Assembly (NCBI GenBank): GCA_011364925.1
Contig: RDOA01000008.1
Coordinates: 36,629 to 100,628 of the forward strand
Source: Promethearchaeota archaeon
GTDB taxonomy: Archaea; Asgardarchaeota; Lokiarchaeia; Sigyniarchaeales; SOKP01
Direction of reading: 5' to 3'
Length of the DNA stretch: 64,000 bases
The stretch's first letter is position 1; every line of letters begins with the position of its first letter. Position numbers and translations under genes: made by a program. The notes beneath the pieces were generated by a model. It had not been told where the DNA came from. It ran no database searches and saw nothing but the letters and a program-made list of their open reading frames with translations. Positions 19,857 through 29,980 of the stretch are shown here, piece by piece.

Positions 19857-21068
19857 TTAAGTATACATTCTTGATTGAACAGACTGATCTTTCATTTTAT
19901 TCATTACTTTATTTACAGCTTCAACAAAATCTTCTTTGACGATTTGCTCTGCATCTTTCCTGATTGCAAACATTCCAGCTTCAGTGCATATGGCTTTGAT
20001 ATCCGCTCCAGTAGCCCCCTCGGTTAATTCAACTAACCTATTAAAGTTAACTTCACCTTCAATATTTAAAGCTCTAGTGTGAATTTTGAATATTGATTTT
20101 CTTGATTCTTCGTCTGGTATGGGAAAATCAATCATTCGATCAAATCTACCTGGTCTTAATAAAGCAGGATCTAAGATATCGATTCGATTTGTTGCTCCAA
20201 TTATTTTTACATCACCTCTTTGCTCAAATCCGTCTAATTCGCTTAACAATTGCATTAAGGTCCTCTGAACTTCCCTATCTCCAGAAGTGGCAATTTTTAA
20301 TCTTTGTGAACCAATTGCGTCTAATTCGTCAATAAATAAAATTGTGGGCGCTTTTTGTTTTGCTAAATTGAAAATTTCTCTTACTAAGCGAGCACCTTCA
20401 CCAATAAATTTCTGAACTAATTCAGAACCAATTATTCTGATAAAAGTCGCTTCAGTTTCGTGAGCAACTGCTTTTGCTACGAGAGTCTTACCTGTACCCG
20501 GGGGTCCATAAAGCAAAACTCCTTTAGGAGGATCGATTCCTACTTTTTTAAATAAATCCGGTTTTAAAAGAGGTAATTCGACAGTTTCTCTTACTTCTTG
20601 TATTTGATCACTTAATCCACCTACGTCTTCGTAAGAGATGTCTGGAATTTCGTCTATTACTTCCATTCCTTTCACAAATGGATCCAATTTAGTCGGTAGA
20701 ATCTCCATAATTGCGAAAGTTCTCTGATTTAAGGCGACTCGCATACCAGGAGTTAAATTCTCATTTTTCACTTTTCTACTGGGGTTAACAACAAAACTAG
20801 GTCCTGTGGAGCTCTTAACAATGACTTTTCCCGTGTCTTCTAACATATCAATTACAGTAGCTGACACTAATGGAGGCTCTCTTAATCTGTCAATCTCATT
20901 TCTTAGACTATTTAATTCCTGCTCTAATCTTAAACGCTCTGCATCTAAAAGTTGCTTCTCCGTTTCAAGATTTCTTAATCTTTTTTCTAAATGCCTCGTA
21001 TAGGTGATTAGATATTCTTCATCTTTCGAAGTTTCTTCCTTTTTTCTCCTGTCCTTAGTCGTTGTCAA
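19857..21068 (-). CDS. pan: proteasome-activating nucleotidase (Rpt-like AAA+ ATPase)
   Basis: N-terminal coiled coil, OB segment, Walker A GPPGTGKT, pore loop KFIGEG, Walker B FIDELD, SRH PGRFDR, C-terminal HbYX (MYT). The only in-frame start upstream of the coiled coil is TTG 21066-21068. Confidence 0.9.
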   Translation of the reverse strand: MTTTKDRRKKEETSKDEEYLITYTRHLEKRLRNLETEKQLLDAERLRLEQELNSLRNEIDRLREPPLVSATVIDMLEDTGKVIVKSSTGPSFVVNPSRKVKNENLTPGMRVALNQRTFAIMEILPTKLDPFVKGMEVIDEIPDISYEDVGGLSDQIQEVRETVELPLLKPDLFKKVGIDPPKGVLLYGPPGTGKTLVAKAVAHETEATFIRIIGSELVQKFIGEGARLVREIFNLAKQKAPTILFIDELDAIGSQRLKIATSGDREVQRTLMQLLSELDGFEQRGDVKIIGATNRIDILDPALLRPGRFDRMIDFPIPDEESRKSIFKIHTRALNIEGEVNFNRLVELTEGATGADIKAICTEAGMFAIRKDAEQIVKEDFVEAVNKVMNKMKDQSVQSRMYT

Positions 21069-21310
21069 ATATTATCTTCCCCATCTTTTACTTATTTCAA
21101 TTCTAAGATAAAAATCTAAATTAATAATAACAATTTATTCATTTAAACTTAAGGTAATACGCTAATATCAGAAAGCAGTTGAGTAATAAAAAATTTTTGG
21201 ATTATATTTTATAACGAGTTCTATTTAGAAACCATAAATTATAAGAGTTCTATATCCCAATCTTATTTGTGAAGTTTTTCCTTTAAAATTACCAAGAGCA
21301 GTGTTATTCT

Positions 21311-21847
21311 ATGTCGAAAAAGAAGGGAAACGAATATGAGAAGGAATGTCCAATTTGTGGTGGAATAATATGGGGACAAGGAGAAAAGGTTCTCATTGAA
21401 GGAGCAAAAATTACCGTGTGTCAAAGTTGTGCTCAATTTGGCGTAAAAATTAAACCTAAACCTAAAATTGCGGATAATATGCAAAAAATTTATCCTAAAC
21501 CTAAACCATCCTCGAAACGAATAGTTCATTCCAGAGATTTGGACGAGAGTGTAGAGATTGTTAACGATTATGTCAGGAGAATTAAAAAAGCTCGGAATGC
21601 TCGCGGACTGAATCAAGATCAGTTTGCTCAAAAACTAAACGAGAAACCTTCTTTATTGAGAAGAATTGAAGCTGGGAAAGTCGAGCCTACAATACAGTTG
21701 GCAAAAAAGATAGAACAAGTTTATAGCATTGTACTTCTTAAGCAGGTAGATGAAATCGAACCTTCAAATAAGCAAAGCCAGTATATGAAGAAATCTAGTG
21801 GCTCTTCTTTAGGTGATATCGCTTATGTTAAAAAGAAGAAGAAATAG
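21311..21847 (+). CDS. mbf1: multiprotein bridging factor 1 (archaeal MBF1: Zn ribbon + XRE HTH)
   Basis: CPICGG..VCQSCAQFG zinc ribbon. HTH ARGLNQDQFAQKLNEKPSLLRRIEAG. Confidence 0.85.
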   Translation: MSKKKGNEYEKECPICGGIIWGQGEKVLIEGAKITVCQSCAQFGVKIKPKPKIADNMQKIYPKPKPSSKRIVHSRDLDESVEIVNDYVRRIKKARNARGLNQDQFAQKLNEKPSLLRRIEAGKVEPTIQLAKKIEQVYSIVLLKQVDEIEPSNKQSQYMKKSSGSSLGDIAYVKKKKK

Positions 21848-21979
21848 CATCTAATTGAAAAAAGAAAGTCAAGATCTATCTCGTTGGATTGAAGGTCTTT
21901 AGATAAATAGTACCTTTACTAATCCTTAAGTTTATTTTGTATATATAATATTCTCTAGAGGATAACTCAAGGAATTAGG

Positions 21980-22552
21980 TTATAAATCAAGATTTTCAAT
22001 AAGAACAATTTTTTCTTTTAGAAATTGGATTAGTTCTTGATTGTCTTGTGCTTCTAGCGGACCCCCACAGTCGGGACATCTAAAATTCAATTCAAAAGCC
22101 TGATCAAAATTAAATTTGTTACTAGAACTCGAGCATTCTTTACAGACAAAAAAATAGTTGCTTTCTTCAAATTTTAATCTCTCTCTTAATTTTGTCTCCA
22201 TTAATTTCCTTTTCTCCATTAATATTTCTTCAAACAAGTCAAATTCATGCCACCAATAATAAATAAACCATCCCGTAGATTTATCTCTAATTCTTCTAAA
22301 TTGAGCGAGCTTGCTACTATATAGTTTGTAAAGCGTTTTTCGTACAGTATTAAGTTTCAAAAATTCCCCATCATTATCTTCAAAGATTATATCAGGTTTT
22401 AAATTTTTAAGGCGATCTTTAATGTTTTCAGTGATACCCTCATCAGTTATATCCTCCTCTTCTGAATTTAATAATTCAATTCCAACTTCAATAGCTATTT
22501 CGCCACCTATTATAAACAAAAAAGATCTTAATAGAGGGTTCATTTCTTTCAT
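21980..22552 (-). CDS. tfe: transcription factor E (TFIIE-alpha homolog)
   Basis: Winged helix VRKTLYKLYSSKLAQFRRIRDKSTGWFIYYW followed by zinc ribbon CKEC..CPDCGG. Confidence 0.75.
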   Translation of the reverse strand: MKEMNPLLRSFLFIIGGEIAIEVGIELLNSEEEDITDEGITENIKDRLKNLKPDIIFEDNDGEFLKLNTVRKTLYKLYSSKLAQFRRIRDKSTGWFIYYWWHEFDLFEEILMEKRKLMETKLRERLKFEESNYFFVCKECSSSSNKFNFDQAFELNFRCPDCGGPLEAQDNQELIQFLKEKIVLIENLDL

Positions 22553-22655
22553 AATTCTTTATCTTCCCATTCTTATCTATTCTTCTTACTATTAAAACTT
22601 ACATTAAAATTAAATTTTTTTAAATTTAAAATACTAAAATTAATTTTCCTGACTC

Positions 22656-23438
22656 TTAAACTATAATTGAGTACTGTTTTTCTATCACTTCACCATCAAC
22701 ATCAAGAGAACGAAACATTTTTCCTTTTCGCACAGCCATGATTCTTAATAAGGAAGAATTTTTGATGTTCTTAGGGATCTCAATCTCATTTATTTTATAA
22801 TTATTAAATATTATAAGGGATTTCCAATTTTTAGGAATCTCAGAAATAAAATCAGGAACCGCTGAATCTAACACCATCTTTAGGTTAGTAGCAGTGGTGC
22901 TTAATGTACCACTGCAAAATTGAATTCTTTTGCTCAAATCATCATCTTCAACTTTTTTTTTCGATGGTTGGGGGATGCTCTTTTTCGTAGTTACCTTACA
23001 ATTTGGATTAATACCAAAAGATAAGAGTAAGTAGCTGTTTTTTCTAAAAATATCTATCGCTTGTAATAATTGATTCTTTTTTACCTTGTCAATAATGTCA
23101 GCTTTATAATTTTTCGTTTGACCTGTAGATTTTTTCAATTCCCATGTTAACCCAAGATGTGATATTGTTTCTTTTAAATCCTCACCTGATATCAACTTTC
23201 CTTTAATCTCAAATTCAAGTTCGGAACTAGAGATCGATTTACCTACTAGTTCTAAAATCAAATCTTCATATTCATGAGTTCCTTTAAGCGTGATTTTTCC
23301 ACTGGTTTTAGAGATCTTTAGCGCGGGACCAATAAAATCTCCTTTTGAGTATCTATAGAAATGTCTATGAATACTCATATAGTTTTTCGGTGGATTCTCT
23401 AAAATGGGGTTCTTGATTAACTCACTTAAAAAATGCAT
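22656..23438 (-). CDS. hypothetical protein (260 aa)
   Basis: Clean ORF with no recognisable motif. Confidence 0.5.
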   Translation of the reverse strand: MHFLSELIKNPILENPPKNYMSIHRHFYRYSKGDFIGPALKISKTSGKITLKGTHEYEDLILELVGKSISSSELEFEIKGKLISGEDLKETISHLGLTWELKKSTGQTKNYKADIIDKVKKNQLLQAIDIFRKNSYLLLSFGINPNCKVTTKKSIPQPSKKKVEDDDLSKRIQFCSGTLSTTATNLKMVLDSAVPDFISEIPKNWKSLIIFNNYKINEIEIPKNIKNSSLLRIMAVRKGKMFRSLDVDGEVIEKQYSIIV

Positions 23439-23532
23439 CTTAACTCGTTAAATTATTTCTCTAATAATATATATCTAAACAATGATATTATAAATAGAAC
23501 ATAACTTTAAATTTTAATTTATGCATTAAGTA

Positions 23533-24429
23533 GTGAGCAAAATTAAAACAGAAGATTCTATTGTTTCGAGCATCGTCAGCTATTTAGAGGATAATTTTAA
23601 AAATAATCTCGTTAGTGTGTTCGGTATTGGAAGCTATTTTGATAAATCACTTCCATTTGATTGGAAAATCACTGATATTGATGTAATTGTCATAGTAAAC
23701 TCCCTCGATACAATCCCGAAGCCTGAATGGACTGAAGTTCGATATGAAACTAAATTTATTAATAATTTCAAAGTCTGGTTGGGATACAATACACTTGAAG
23801 GGTTAAAAAATAAGGAAATTTTCAACAAAGAATCGTTTGCTAACTACGAATGGAGCCTTATAGACTTAAAGTGTCCAAAAAATTCTCAAATCTTATATGG
23901 TAAGGATATAAGAAGCCAGCTCCCAAAGGTCTCTGAATTAAAGTATAATTTTGATGATATTTTTGCGAGGAGCCTTTATCATCTAGATAAGAGTCTTAAG
24001 GAATTTAGTGGTTTAAGAGTATCGAATAAGGACATTTTAGCGTCTAAGAGAGAATTTACTAAGGCTGTGTTCAAATTCGGATTCTATCTATGTAAATATT
24101 TCGATAACGAGTACTACTTAACCTCAATTCTTGATATATCAAAACATATAGAAAATTTGCCTTTAGACAAGATGGTGCGAAAAAAAATGCTATATTTTAC
24201 GAAAGAGTCGGTTCTTTTTAGGAGAACAAATAAATTCTCTACAGATTTTAAAAATATTCAAAAAAACTATACATTTTTTATTATTTCTCTTCTTCGAAAC
24301 GGAATCCTCCATCGACAATTAGAATATCAAGAACTAATTAGCTATCTTAAGGAATTACTCAATGGGTTGCCATATCTCACAAGCTACATAAAAATTGCTA
24401 AAAAGATCTATAATTCCTCTAAAAATTAA
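23533..24429 (+). CDS. nucleotidyltransferase (Pol-beta superfamily)-like protein
   Basis: VFGIGSYF..TDIDVIVIV is a GS...DxD NTase signature. GTG start at 23533. Confidence 0.5.
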   Translation: MSKIKTEDSIVSSIVSYLEDNFKNNLVSVFGIGSYFDKSLPFDWKITDIDVIVIVNSLDTIPKPEWTEVRYETKFINNFKVWLGYNTLEGLKNKEIFNKESFANYEWSLIDLKCPKNSQILYGKDIRSQLPKVSELKYNFDDIFARSLYHLDKSLKEFSGLRVSNKDILASKREFTKAVFKFGFYLCKYFDNEYYLTSILDISKHIENLPLDKMVRKKMLYFTKESVLFRRTNKFSTDFKNIQKNYTFFIISLLRNGILHRQLEYQELISYLKELLNGLPYLTSYIKIAKKIYNSSKN

Positions 24430-24545
24430 AAAAGATAAATAACTATTTTCACTTATCCCAACAGATATAAAATCAGATTAATAAACTTAAAAAAAAATAA
24501 AATATAAGATATTATTTAAACCACTAAAATAAGAAACGATGTTTA

Positions 24546-24773
24546 ATGTTATTTTTAAACTTCCAAATCGATGGTTTTCAAGTTCCTTCAATGACTATTT
24601 GGGTCTTAGCATGGGTTTTTCTTGTTATTGGATTCTTTTCATTAGCAATATTAATCATTTATACAAAATATGGAAGAGAATTATCAATTAGGCTCTCAAT
24701 TATCTCTATTATCATTTCAGCTATTTTATTAGGATTTGCGTTCCATTTCTTCCTCATCACATTTGGAATATAA
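24546..24773 (+). CDS. small membrane protein (2 TM)
   Basis: 75 aa with two long hydrophobic helices. Confidence 0.4.
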   Translation: MLFLNFQIDGFQVPSMTIWVLAWVFLVIGFFSLAILIIYTKYGRELSIRLSIISIIISAILLGFAFHFFLITFGI

Positions 24774-24959
24774 TTTTGAGTTTTTATCTGCTAAAATATA
24801 GTACCTATCTTCTCCAGTTCCGTGCGTGCTACTCTGTCGCTGGAGCTTTTCTTCACAAAAATTAATTAAAATGATGATAAAAATTTATAAAAGAAGGATG
24901 AATTTTTCTCTTAATTTAATAATTTAATAAAATTCTATTCAATAAGAAGGAGAAGATAA

Positions 24960-25409
24960 ATGTTATTTCAGATAATTAATATTGGTGATCCTTTATTTTT
25001 CGTTTTGTGGTTAATCTTAGCAACGGTGATAGTATTTCTCATTATGTACATTGCTGTTCTTGTGGTAGTTTCAAAAACTAAAGCGCGAGACAAGTGGTTT
25101 TTAATTCTGCTATTGGCCTTTATAGCTGTTTTAGTGCTTCCCATTATCGTAGGAGCAATTATGTGGGTCTTAAATTTATTAGGCGAAGGATTAGCAGCTT
25201 TGAGAAATGCCATTGAGCCAGGTGCAGGACATAACTATTTACAGCTTTTTGCACCGATTATATTCTTTCTTTTGCTATTAGCTTTAACTAAATTCTTGCT
25301 GGGCATTTCTTGGGAGCACGCATTGTGGGTATCGCTATTAACATTATTCATTTTGTATATTATTTACTCTCTAATTCCAGAATTGTATGGTTTTATCCAA
25401 TTCGGATAA
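24960..25409 (+). CDS. membrane protein (4 TM)
   Basis: GGAG-type SD (aaggagaagataaaATG). Four hydrophobic helices. Confidence 0.55.
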   Translation: MLFQIINIGDPLFFVLWLILATVIVFLIMYIAVLVVVSKTKARDKWFLILLLAFIAVLVLPIIVGAIMWVLNLLGEGLAALRNAIEPGAGHNYLQLFAPIIFFLLLLALTKFLLGISWEHALWVSLLTLFILYIIYSLIPELYGFIQFG

Positions 25410-25495
25410 TATAGAGATTAAATTATACTTTTTTTTCTTTTTTTGAAAAAATGGTGTCTTGTAGTAAAATAAAAATTAAAATTTTAAAAAGAATA

Positions 25496-28400
25496 CTATA
25501 TTTTTTCTTTCAATTTAAGTCTAGGAGCTAATCCAAGAGACATCATTTCTTGAAGTAAAAGCTTAAAGGCATAAGAACATACAACCTTCGATATCACGGT
25601 CCCTTCTCCACATACTGGGCAATATCTCTTGTCTCTATTTCGATCGTACACTGCTAAAAGCCCACATTTTTCACATACTAAAATAACCGTTCGATCTGAC
25701 TCATCAAGTAGTCTTTCCTTTAATAACAGAGCCGACCCATGACCTACTAAACAATCTCTTTCCATTTCACCGAATCGTAAGCCCCCTTCTCTTGCTCTAC
25801 CTTCTGTCGGTTGCCTTGTCAAAATCTGAACTGGTCCTCTCGCTCTTGCGTGCAGTTTATCCGCTACAAGATGGTATAATTTCTGATAATAGATTGGAGC
25901 GCAATAAATTCCTGCTTCGTATTTTTTTCCAGTAATCCCGTTATACATTACTTCTCTGCCGTTAAATTCAAAACCTGCTTCCACCAATTGGTCTTGAAGT
26001 TTTGTGATATCTTTCCACTCGAACGCAGTGGCATCGCCTAATTTACCAGTTGTACATGCTATTTTGCCACTGATCCCTTCAAATAATTGACCCAAAGTCA
26101 TTCTTGATGGCATGGCGTGGGGATTTACTATAATATCCGGAATTACTCCATTTGAAGTGAACGGCATGTCTTCTGCTGGTTGAACGAGACCAAGTACTCC
26201 CTTTTGGCCGTGTCGAGAAGAAAATTTGTCTCCTAACTCTGGAATTCTCAAATCTCTAACTTTAATTTTAACTAATTTGTTCCCATCAACAGTTTCTGAA
26301 ATGATCACAGTATCTACTATTCCTTTTTCGTTATGTCGCATATTCTTTGAAGTTTCGCGTCTATTCGGTTGCATCAATTCAAATTCTTCGTAAGATTTAA
26401 TGAACCGAGGCGGAGATGTTCGACCAATAAGTACATCACCTCCATTAACAGCGGTTTCAGGTTCAATAATACCGTCTTCTTCAGATAATAACCTATACGA
26501 TTCAGCAGATTTGAATCCTCTCACACCTCTCTCAGGAATCTCGAATTTATCCAATTCTCCTCCGGGATACTTTCTTTCTTCAGCATCATAAGTTCTAAAG
26601 AAGTGACTACGCGCTAATCCGCGTTCTATAGAAGCTTTGTTTATTATAATTGCATCTTCAATGTTATATCCTTCGTAACTCATCATTCCAATTACAAAAT
26701 TTTGACCCGCTGGTCGCCGATTGATTCCAATTATCTCCATTGGACTTGTTTTCACTAAAGGCTGTTGAGGATAATGGAGTGTGTGGCCACGAGTATCAAG
26801 CCTTAAATGCATATTTGCAGCAAACAGACCTAGTGCTTGCTTAACCATCCCTGCTTCATAAGTATTTCGGGGAGACTGATTGTGTTCTGGAAATGGAATA
26901 ATCGAAGCACATATTCCAAGAATTGCTGCTGGAGATATTTCAAGATGAGTGTGTTCTGCAGTAATTTCCTCTTCAAACATAGCAATGAACGCGTTTTCTT
27001 CTTCTTCAGCATCCAGATATTCTATAACACCTTTTTGGATTAAATCTGACCAGTTATATTTACCTTGTTTAAGTTTCTCAATATCTTCATTTGTGATAAG
27101 GAGTTGTTGGTTTTTGATGATAAATAATGGTCTGGTCGCTCTTCCAGCATCACAATTTATTTGAATTTCTCTTGAATCGTGATAATAACCAATATTAACG
27201 TGTTGACCAATTTCACCTTTACGTCTCTTCTCTCGTAGCTGATTAGTGAAGGGATTGTATTTTTGATGAATTCCGACTAATTTACCATTAAGGAAGACAT
27301 TTACTTTTTCTCCTCTTACGTTTTTCACTTCGTTAATAGGTATTACGCCCAGATCGATTAATATATTCTCGATAACCCTTTCGTCAGCACCAACAGAGAT
27401 AATAGACGCTAATCCTAAGTTTTTAACTAACCCACAATTAGGTCCTTCTGGAGTTTCTGCTGGGCAAATCTTGCCCCATTGAGTAGGATGTAAATCTCTT
27501 GCTTCAAAATGAGGTTGACTTCGGCTTAATGGAGATATTACTCTTCTTAAATGGCTTAATGTTCCGACGTGATTTGTTCTATTTAACAATTGACTAACGC
27601 CCGCTTTACCACCGACCCAATTTCCTGTTGCTAACGCGTGTCTTATTCTTTCTGTTATTACATCTGCTCTCACAGCGGTTTTTATATTTGGAGCTCTACC
27701 TCGAACAGCGGTACGTTCTAGCTGGTATTTTATGTCTTTTACAAGATTCAAAAACGCAACTCTGAAAAGAGATGTAAATAATTCACCAGCTAATTTCAAC
27801 CTTTTATTAGCGTAATGATCTTTATCATCCGGCTCTCGAAAACCTAGCGCAAGTTCCATAACCTTCTGAGCCATTTGGCCTAGATAATAAGCTTTTTTAA
27901 TTCGGTCCTCCTCAGCGTTTCCAACGTGAGGTAATAAGTATCGATCTAAGACTTGAAGTGCTCTTCTAATACGATAATCTTTTGTCTGTCCTATTGCCAC
28001 CCTTTTACCGATGTAATCTAAAGAGTTCTGTTGAGATTTTTCTGGATCTTTTAAAACTTGAATTTCTGAAGCGACATCTATAACTGGAATTAATTCTTTT
28101 TGAATATCTTCGTTTTCAGAGATTGCTTCAAAAATTTCCTTATCAGAGTGCAATCCAAGAGCTCGCATCAAGATAGCTAAGGGAATTTTACCGGGAACTG
28201 ACGGAAACGATACTCTTAGATTTCCATCTTTCTTTCTTTCAATTGTAACTGGTGCACGAAAACCACTTCTAGTAGAAAACACCTTAGCTTGATGAGTTGC
28301 ACTGGAACTTCGACTAGCTTCTTCTGCAAGAATTCTATTAGGAGCTAAATCCTCTTGTGTTACTAACACTCTTTCTGTTCCATTGATGATAAAATATCCA

Positions 28401-28867
28401 CCAGGATCAAGCGGATCTTCTCCTCGATTAATTAGTTCTTGTTCAGATAAGCTTTCCAGAGGGCAACGACAGCTTTTCAGCATGATTGGGATTTTACCAA
28501 TATATATATCAAGAGTCTCTTCTGCTTCCTCCCTCTGAGTTCTTTCATCAATGGTAATAGGAGTCATTTCTAAAGTTATATCAGCAGCATAACTTAATTC
28601 GCGAATTCTAGCTTCAATGGGCGTAATTTCCATTGTAGCACCGTCAGCTTCTCTAACTTTTGGAACTCCTACTTTAATCTTACCAAAATTAATTTTAAAT
28701 CCGGGAATATCAGGTATGACTTCACCAGACTCATCAACTATGCTTTGCATCTCCTCTTCAATAAAATTATTATAAGAGTCGAGGTGTTGGCGTACTAAAC
28801 CTTTTTCATCAAATAAGCTTTTTAAAACAACCCACTTATCGCTGTTAGATAATTTGTCAGAACTCAA
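25496..28867 (-). CDS. rpoB: DNA-directed RNA polymerase subunit B (unsplit, 1123 aa)
   Basis: HLDSYNNF at the N-terminus, GKFSSRHGQKG, GEMERD, and the C-terminal Zn site CEKCG..CPVCG. A single ORF, not split into B'/B''. The only possible start is TTG 28865-28867, because a stop lies 2 codons upstream. Confidence 0.95.
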   Translation of the reverse strand: MSSDKLSNSDKWVVLKSLFDEKGLVRQHLDSYNNFIEEEMQSIVDESGEVIPDIPGFKINFGKIKVGVPKVREADGATMEITPIEARIRELSYAADITLEMTPITIDERTQREEAEETLDIYIGKIPIMLKSCRCPLESLSEQELINRGEDPLDPGGYFIINGTERVLVTQEDLAPNRILAEEASRSSSATHQAKVFSTRSGFRAPVTIERKKDGNLRVSFPSVPGKIPLAILMRALGLHSDKEIFEAISENEDIQKELIPVIDVASEIQVLKDPEKSQQNSLDYIGKRVAIGQTKDYRIRRALQVLDRYLLPHVGNAEEDRIKKAYYLGQMAQKVMELALGFREPDDKDHYANKRLKLAGELFTSLFRVAFLNLVKDIKYQLERTAVRGRAPNIKTAVRADVITERIRHALATGNWVGGKAGVSQLLNRTNHVGTLSHLRRVISPLSRSQPHFEARDLHPTQWGKICPAETPEGPNCGLVKNLGLASIISVGADERVIENILIDLGVIPINEVKNVRGEKVNVFLNGKLVGIHQKYNPFTNQLREKRRKGEIGQHVNIGYYHDSREIQINCDAGRATRPLFIIKNQQLLITNEDIEKLKQGKYNWSDLIQKGVIEYLDAEEEENAFIAMFEEEITAEHTHLEISPAAILGICASIIPFPEHNQSPRNTYEAGMVKQALGLFAANMHLRLDTRGHTLHYPQQPLVKTSPMEIIGINRRPAGQNFVIGMMSYEGYNIEDAIIINKASIERGLARSHFFRTYDAEERKYPGGELDKFEIPERGVRGFKSAESYRLLSEEDGIIEPETAVNGGDVLIGRTSPPRFIKSYEEFELMQPNRRETSKNMRHNEKGIVDTVIISETVDGNKLVKIKVRDLRIPELGDKFSSRHGQKGVLGLVQPAEDMPFTSNGVIPDIIVNPHAMPSRMTLGQLFEGISGKIACTTGKLGDATAFEWKDITKLQDQLVEAGFEFNGREVMYNGITGKKYEAGIYCAPIYYQKLYHLVADKLHARARGPVQILTRQPTEGRAREGGLRFGEMERDCLVGHGSALLLKERLLDESDRTVILVCEKCGLLAVYDRNRDKRYCPVCGEGTVISKVVCSYAFKLLLQEMMSLGLAPRLKLKEKI

Positions 28868-28913
28868 TTTTAATTAACCTATTGTTATATTAGTTTTAGA
28901 TAAAAAACACTCA

Positions 28914-29171
28914 CTATACTTTTTCTTTTTTGACATAACGATAGTAATCTATAAATTTTACAGTGGTATGAGATTCCCGAACAATTCTTACAATATCTCC
29001 CTCTTTTGCACCAATCGCTATAGAAACTGGGTCCTTCTCAAAAATCTGAGGCAAATCGGAAATATTTATCTGATATTTTTCTAATAAATTTTGAGATTGT
29101 TCTTTAGTTAGAAGATAATGTTTAGGGACTAGTTCATGGAGTAGAACATCAATTTTCCTTTTTTTAGTCAA
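28914..29171 (-). CDS. rpoH: DNA-directed RNA polymerase subunit H (Rpb5 C-domain homolog)
   Basis: HELVPKHYLLTKEQSQNLLEKYQINISDLPQIFEKDPVSIAIGAKEGDIVRIVRES matches the RpoH consensus. TTG start. Confidence 0.85.
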   Translation of the reverse strand: MTKKRKIDVLLHELVPKHYLLTKEQSQNLLEKYQINISDLPQIFEKDPVSIAIGAKEGDIVRIVRESHTTVKFIDYYRYVKKEKV

Positions 29172-29284
29172 AAAAAATCCTCTTTCCTCGCTAGTTATTT
29201 CAAAAAATATTCTATTTCTAAAAAATTTTACTATTTAAAAAATAGCTAATCACCTTTATTTTAGATACCTACACCTAAAAATCT

Positions 29285-29980
29285 TTATTTTGTCGTCAAA
29301 CAAAAAATCCAGTACCCTGACCTTTTAAAAGTCACTTCAATTGTTTCGTATAAATCTGAAAAATGTGTTGTTAAATAGTTTTGAATGTACTCAGCTCCCA
29401 TCTTCCTTTTTATGACGAATTGGAACTGCCCCTTCGATTTTAAATGTCGAGGAACATCTTCACATAATTTGAGAAATTCTTGTCTCCCTTTACGTAAGGG
29501 AGGATTCATATATACCCCGTCAAATTTAATACTTTTATTCTCAAACGGTTTAAAATAGCTTCCTTGTAAAAGTATGGTTTTGCCAATTCTCTCTGATAAA
29601 TTAAACCTAATATTCTCCTTTGCACACCAAAGAGCTCTTTTATTAATATCGGTGAAATACACTGTGCTTTTAGGCTTTAAGTATGCTAATACAATCCCAA
29701 TCGCACCATATCCACAACCCAAGTCAAGTAGAATAGATCCTTGTTCTGGAATTTTCATGTGTTCTATGAAGACTTTAGTTCCTAAATCCAGTTGTTTGAA
29801 TGAAAATATTCCTGTAACTGTTTTAAAGAAAAATAGGTGATGCTTTAAACTTTCAGAGACAGAGTATACTCTTACTCTGACATCTGGAAATTGAGTTGAG
29901 TAATGTTGATTCTTCTTCTCCATATCATTTAGTTTTTCCTTAATTTTTTTTGATTTCATCCCATCTAGGATATGTTCCAC
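29285..29980 (-). CDS. class I SAM-dependent methyltransferase (RsmC/small-domain N-methyltransferase-like)
   Basis: Motif I LLDLGCGYGAIG and catalytic NPPLRKG. The longest ORF overlaps cbf5 by 41 nt; an internal ATG at 29920 would remove the overlap. Confidence 0.7.
   Translation of the reverse strand: MEHILDGMKSKKIKEKLNDMEKKNQHYSTQFPDVRVRVYSVSESLKHHLFFFKTVTGIFSFKQLDLGTKVFIEHMKIPEQGSILLDLGCGYGAIGIVLAYLKPKSTVYFTDINKRALWCAKENIRFNLSERIGKTILLQGSYFKPFENKSIKFDGVYMNPPLRKGRQEFLKLCEDVPRHLKSKGQFQFVIKRKMGAEYIQNYLTTHFSDLYETIEVTFKRSGYWIFCLTTK

Noticed and set aside
21263-21631. 122-aa minus-strand ORF overlapping mbf1
   Set aside because: It lies entirely antisense to the well-supported MBF1 gene, and its composition is low-complexity. 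Spurious.
24812-24880. GC-rich hairpin CTCCAG-N22-CTGGAG followed by T-rich sequence, plus a nearby ATGATGA (C-box-like) at 24871
   Set aside because: I considered a small RNA or a C/D-box sRNA. No D box (CTGA) or C'/D' set lies at the right spacing. The hairpin sits just downstream of the 24546-24773 gene and may simply be a 3'-end structure. Evidence is insufficient to call an RNA gene.
29940-29980. 41-nt overlap between cbf5 and the downstream methyltransferase as a regulatory feature
   Set aside because: It is most likely an artefact of choosing the longest ORF. An in-frame ATG at 29920 (MEKKNQHY...) starts the methyltransferase after the cbf5 stop.
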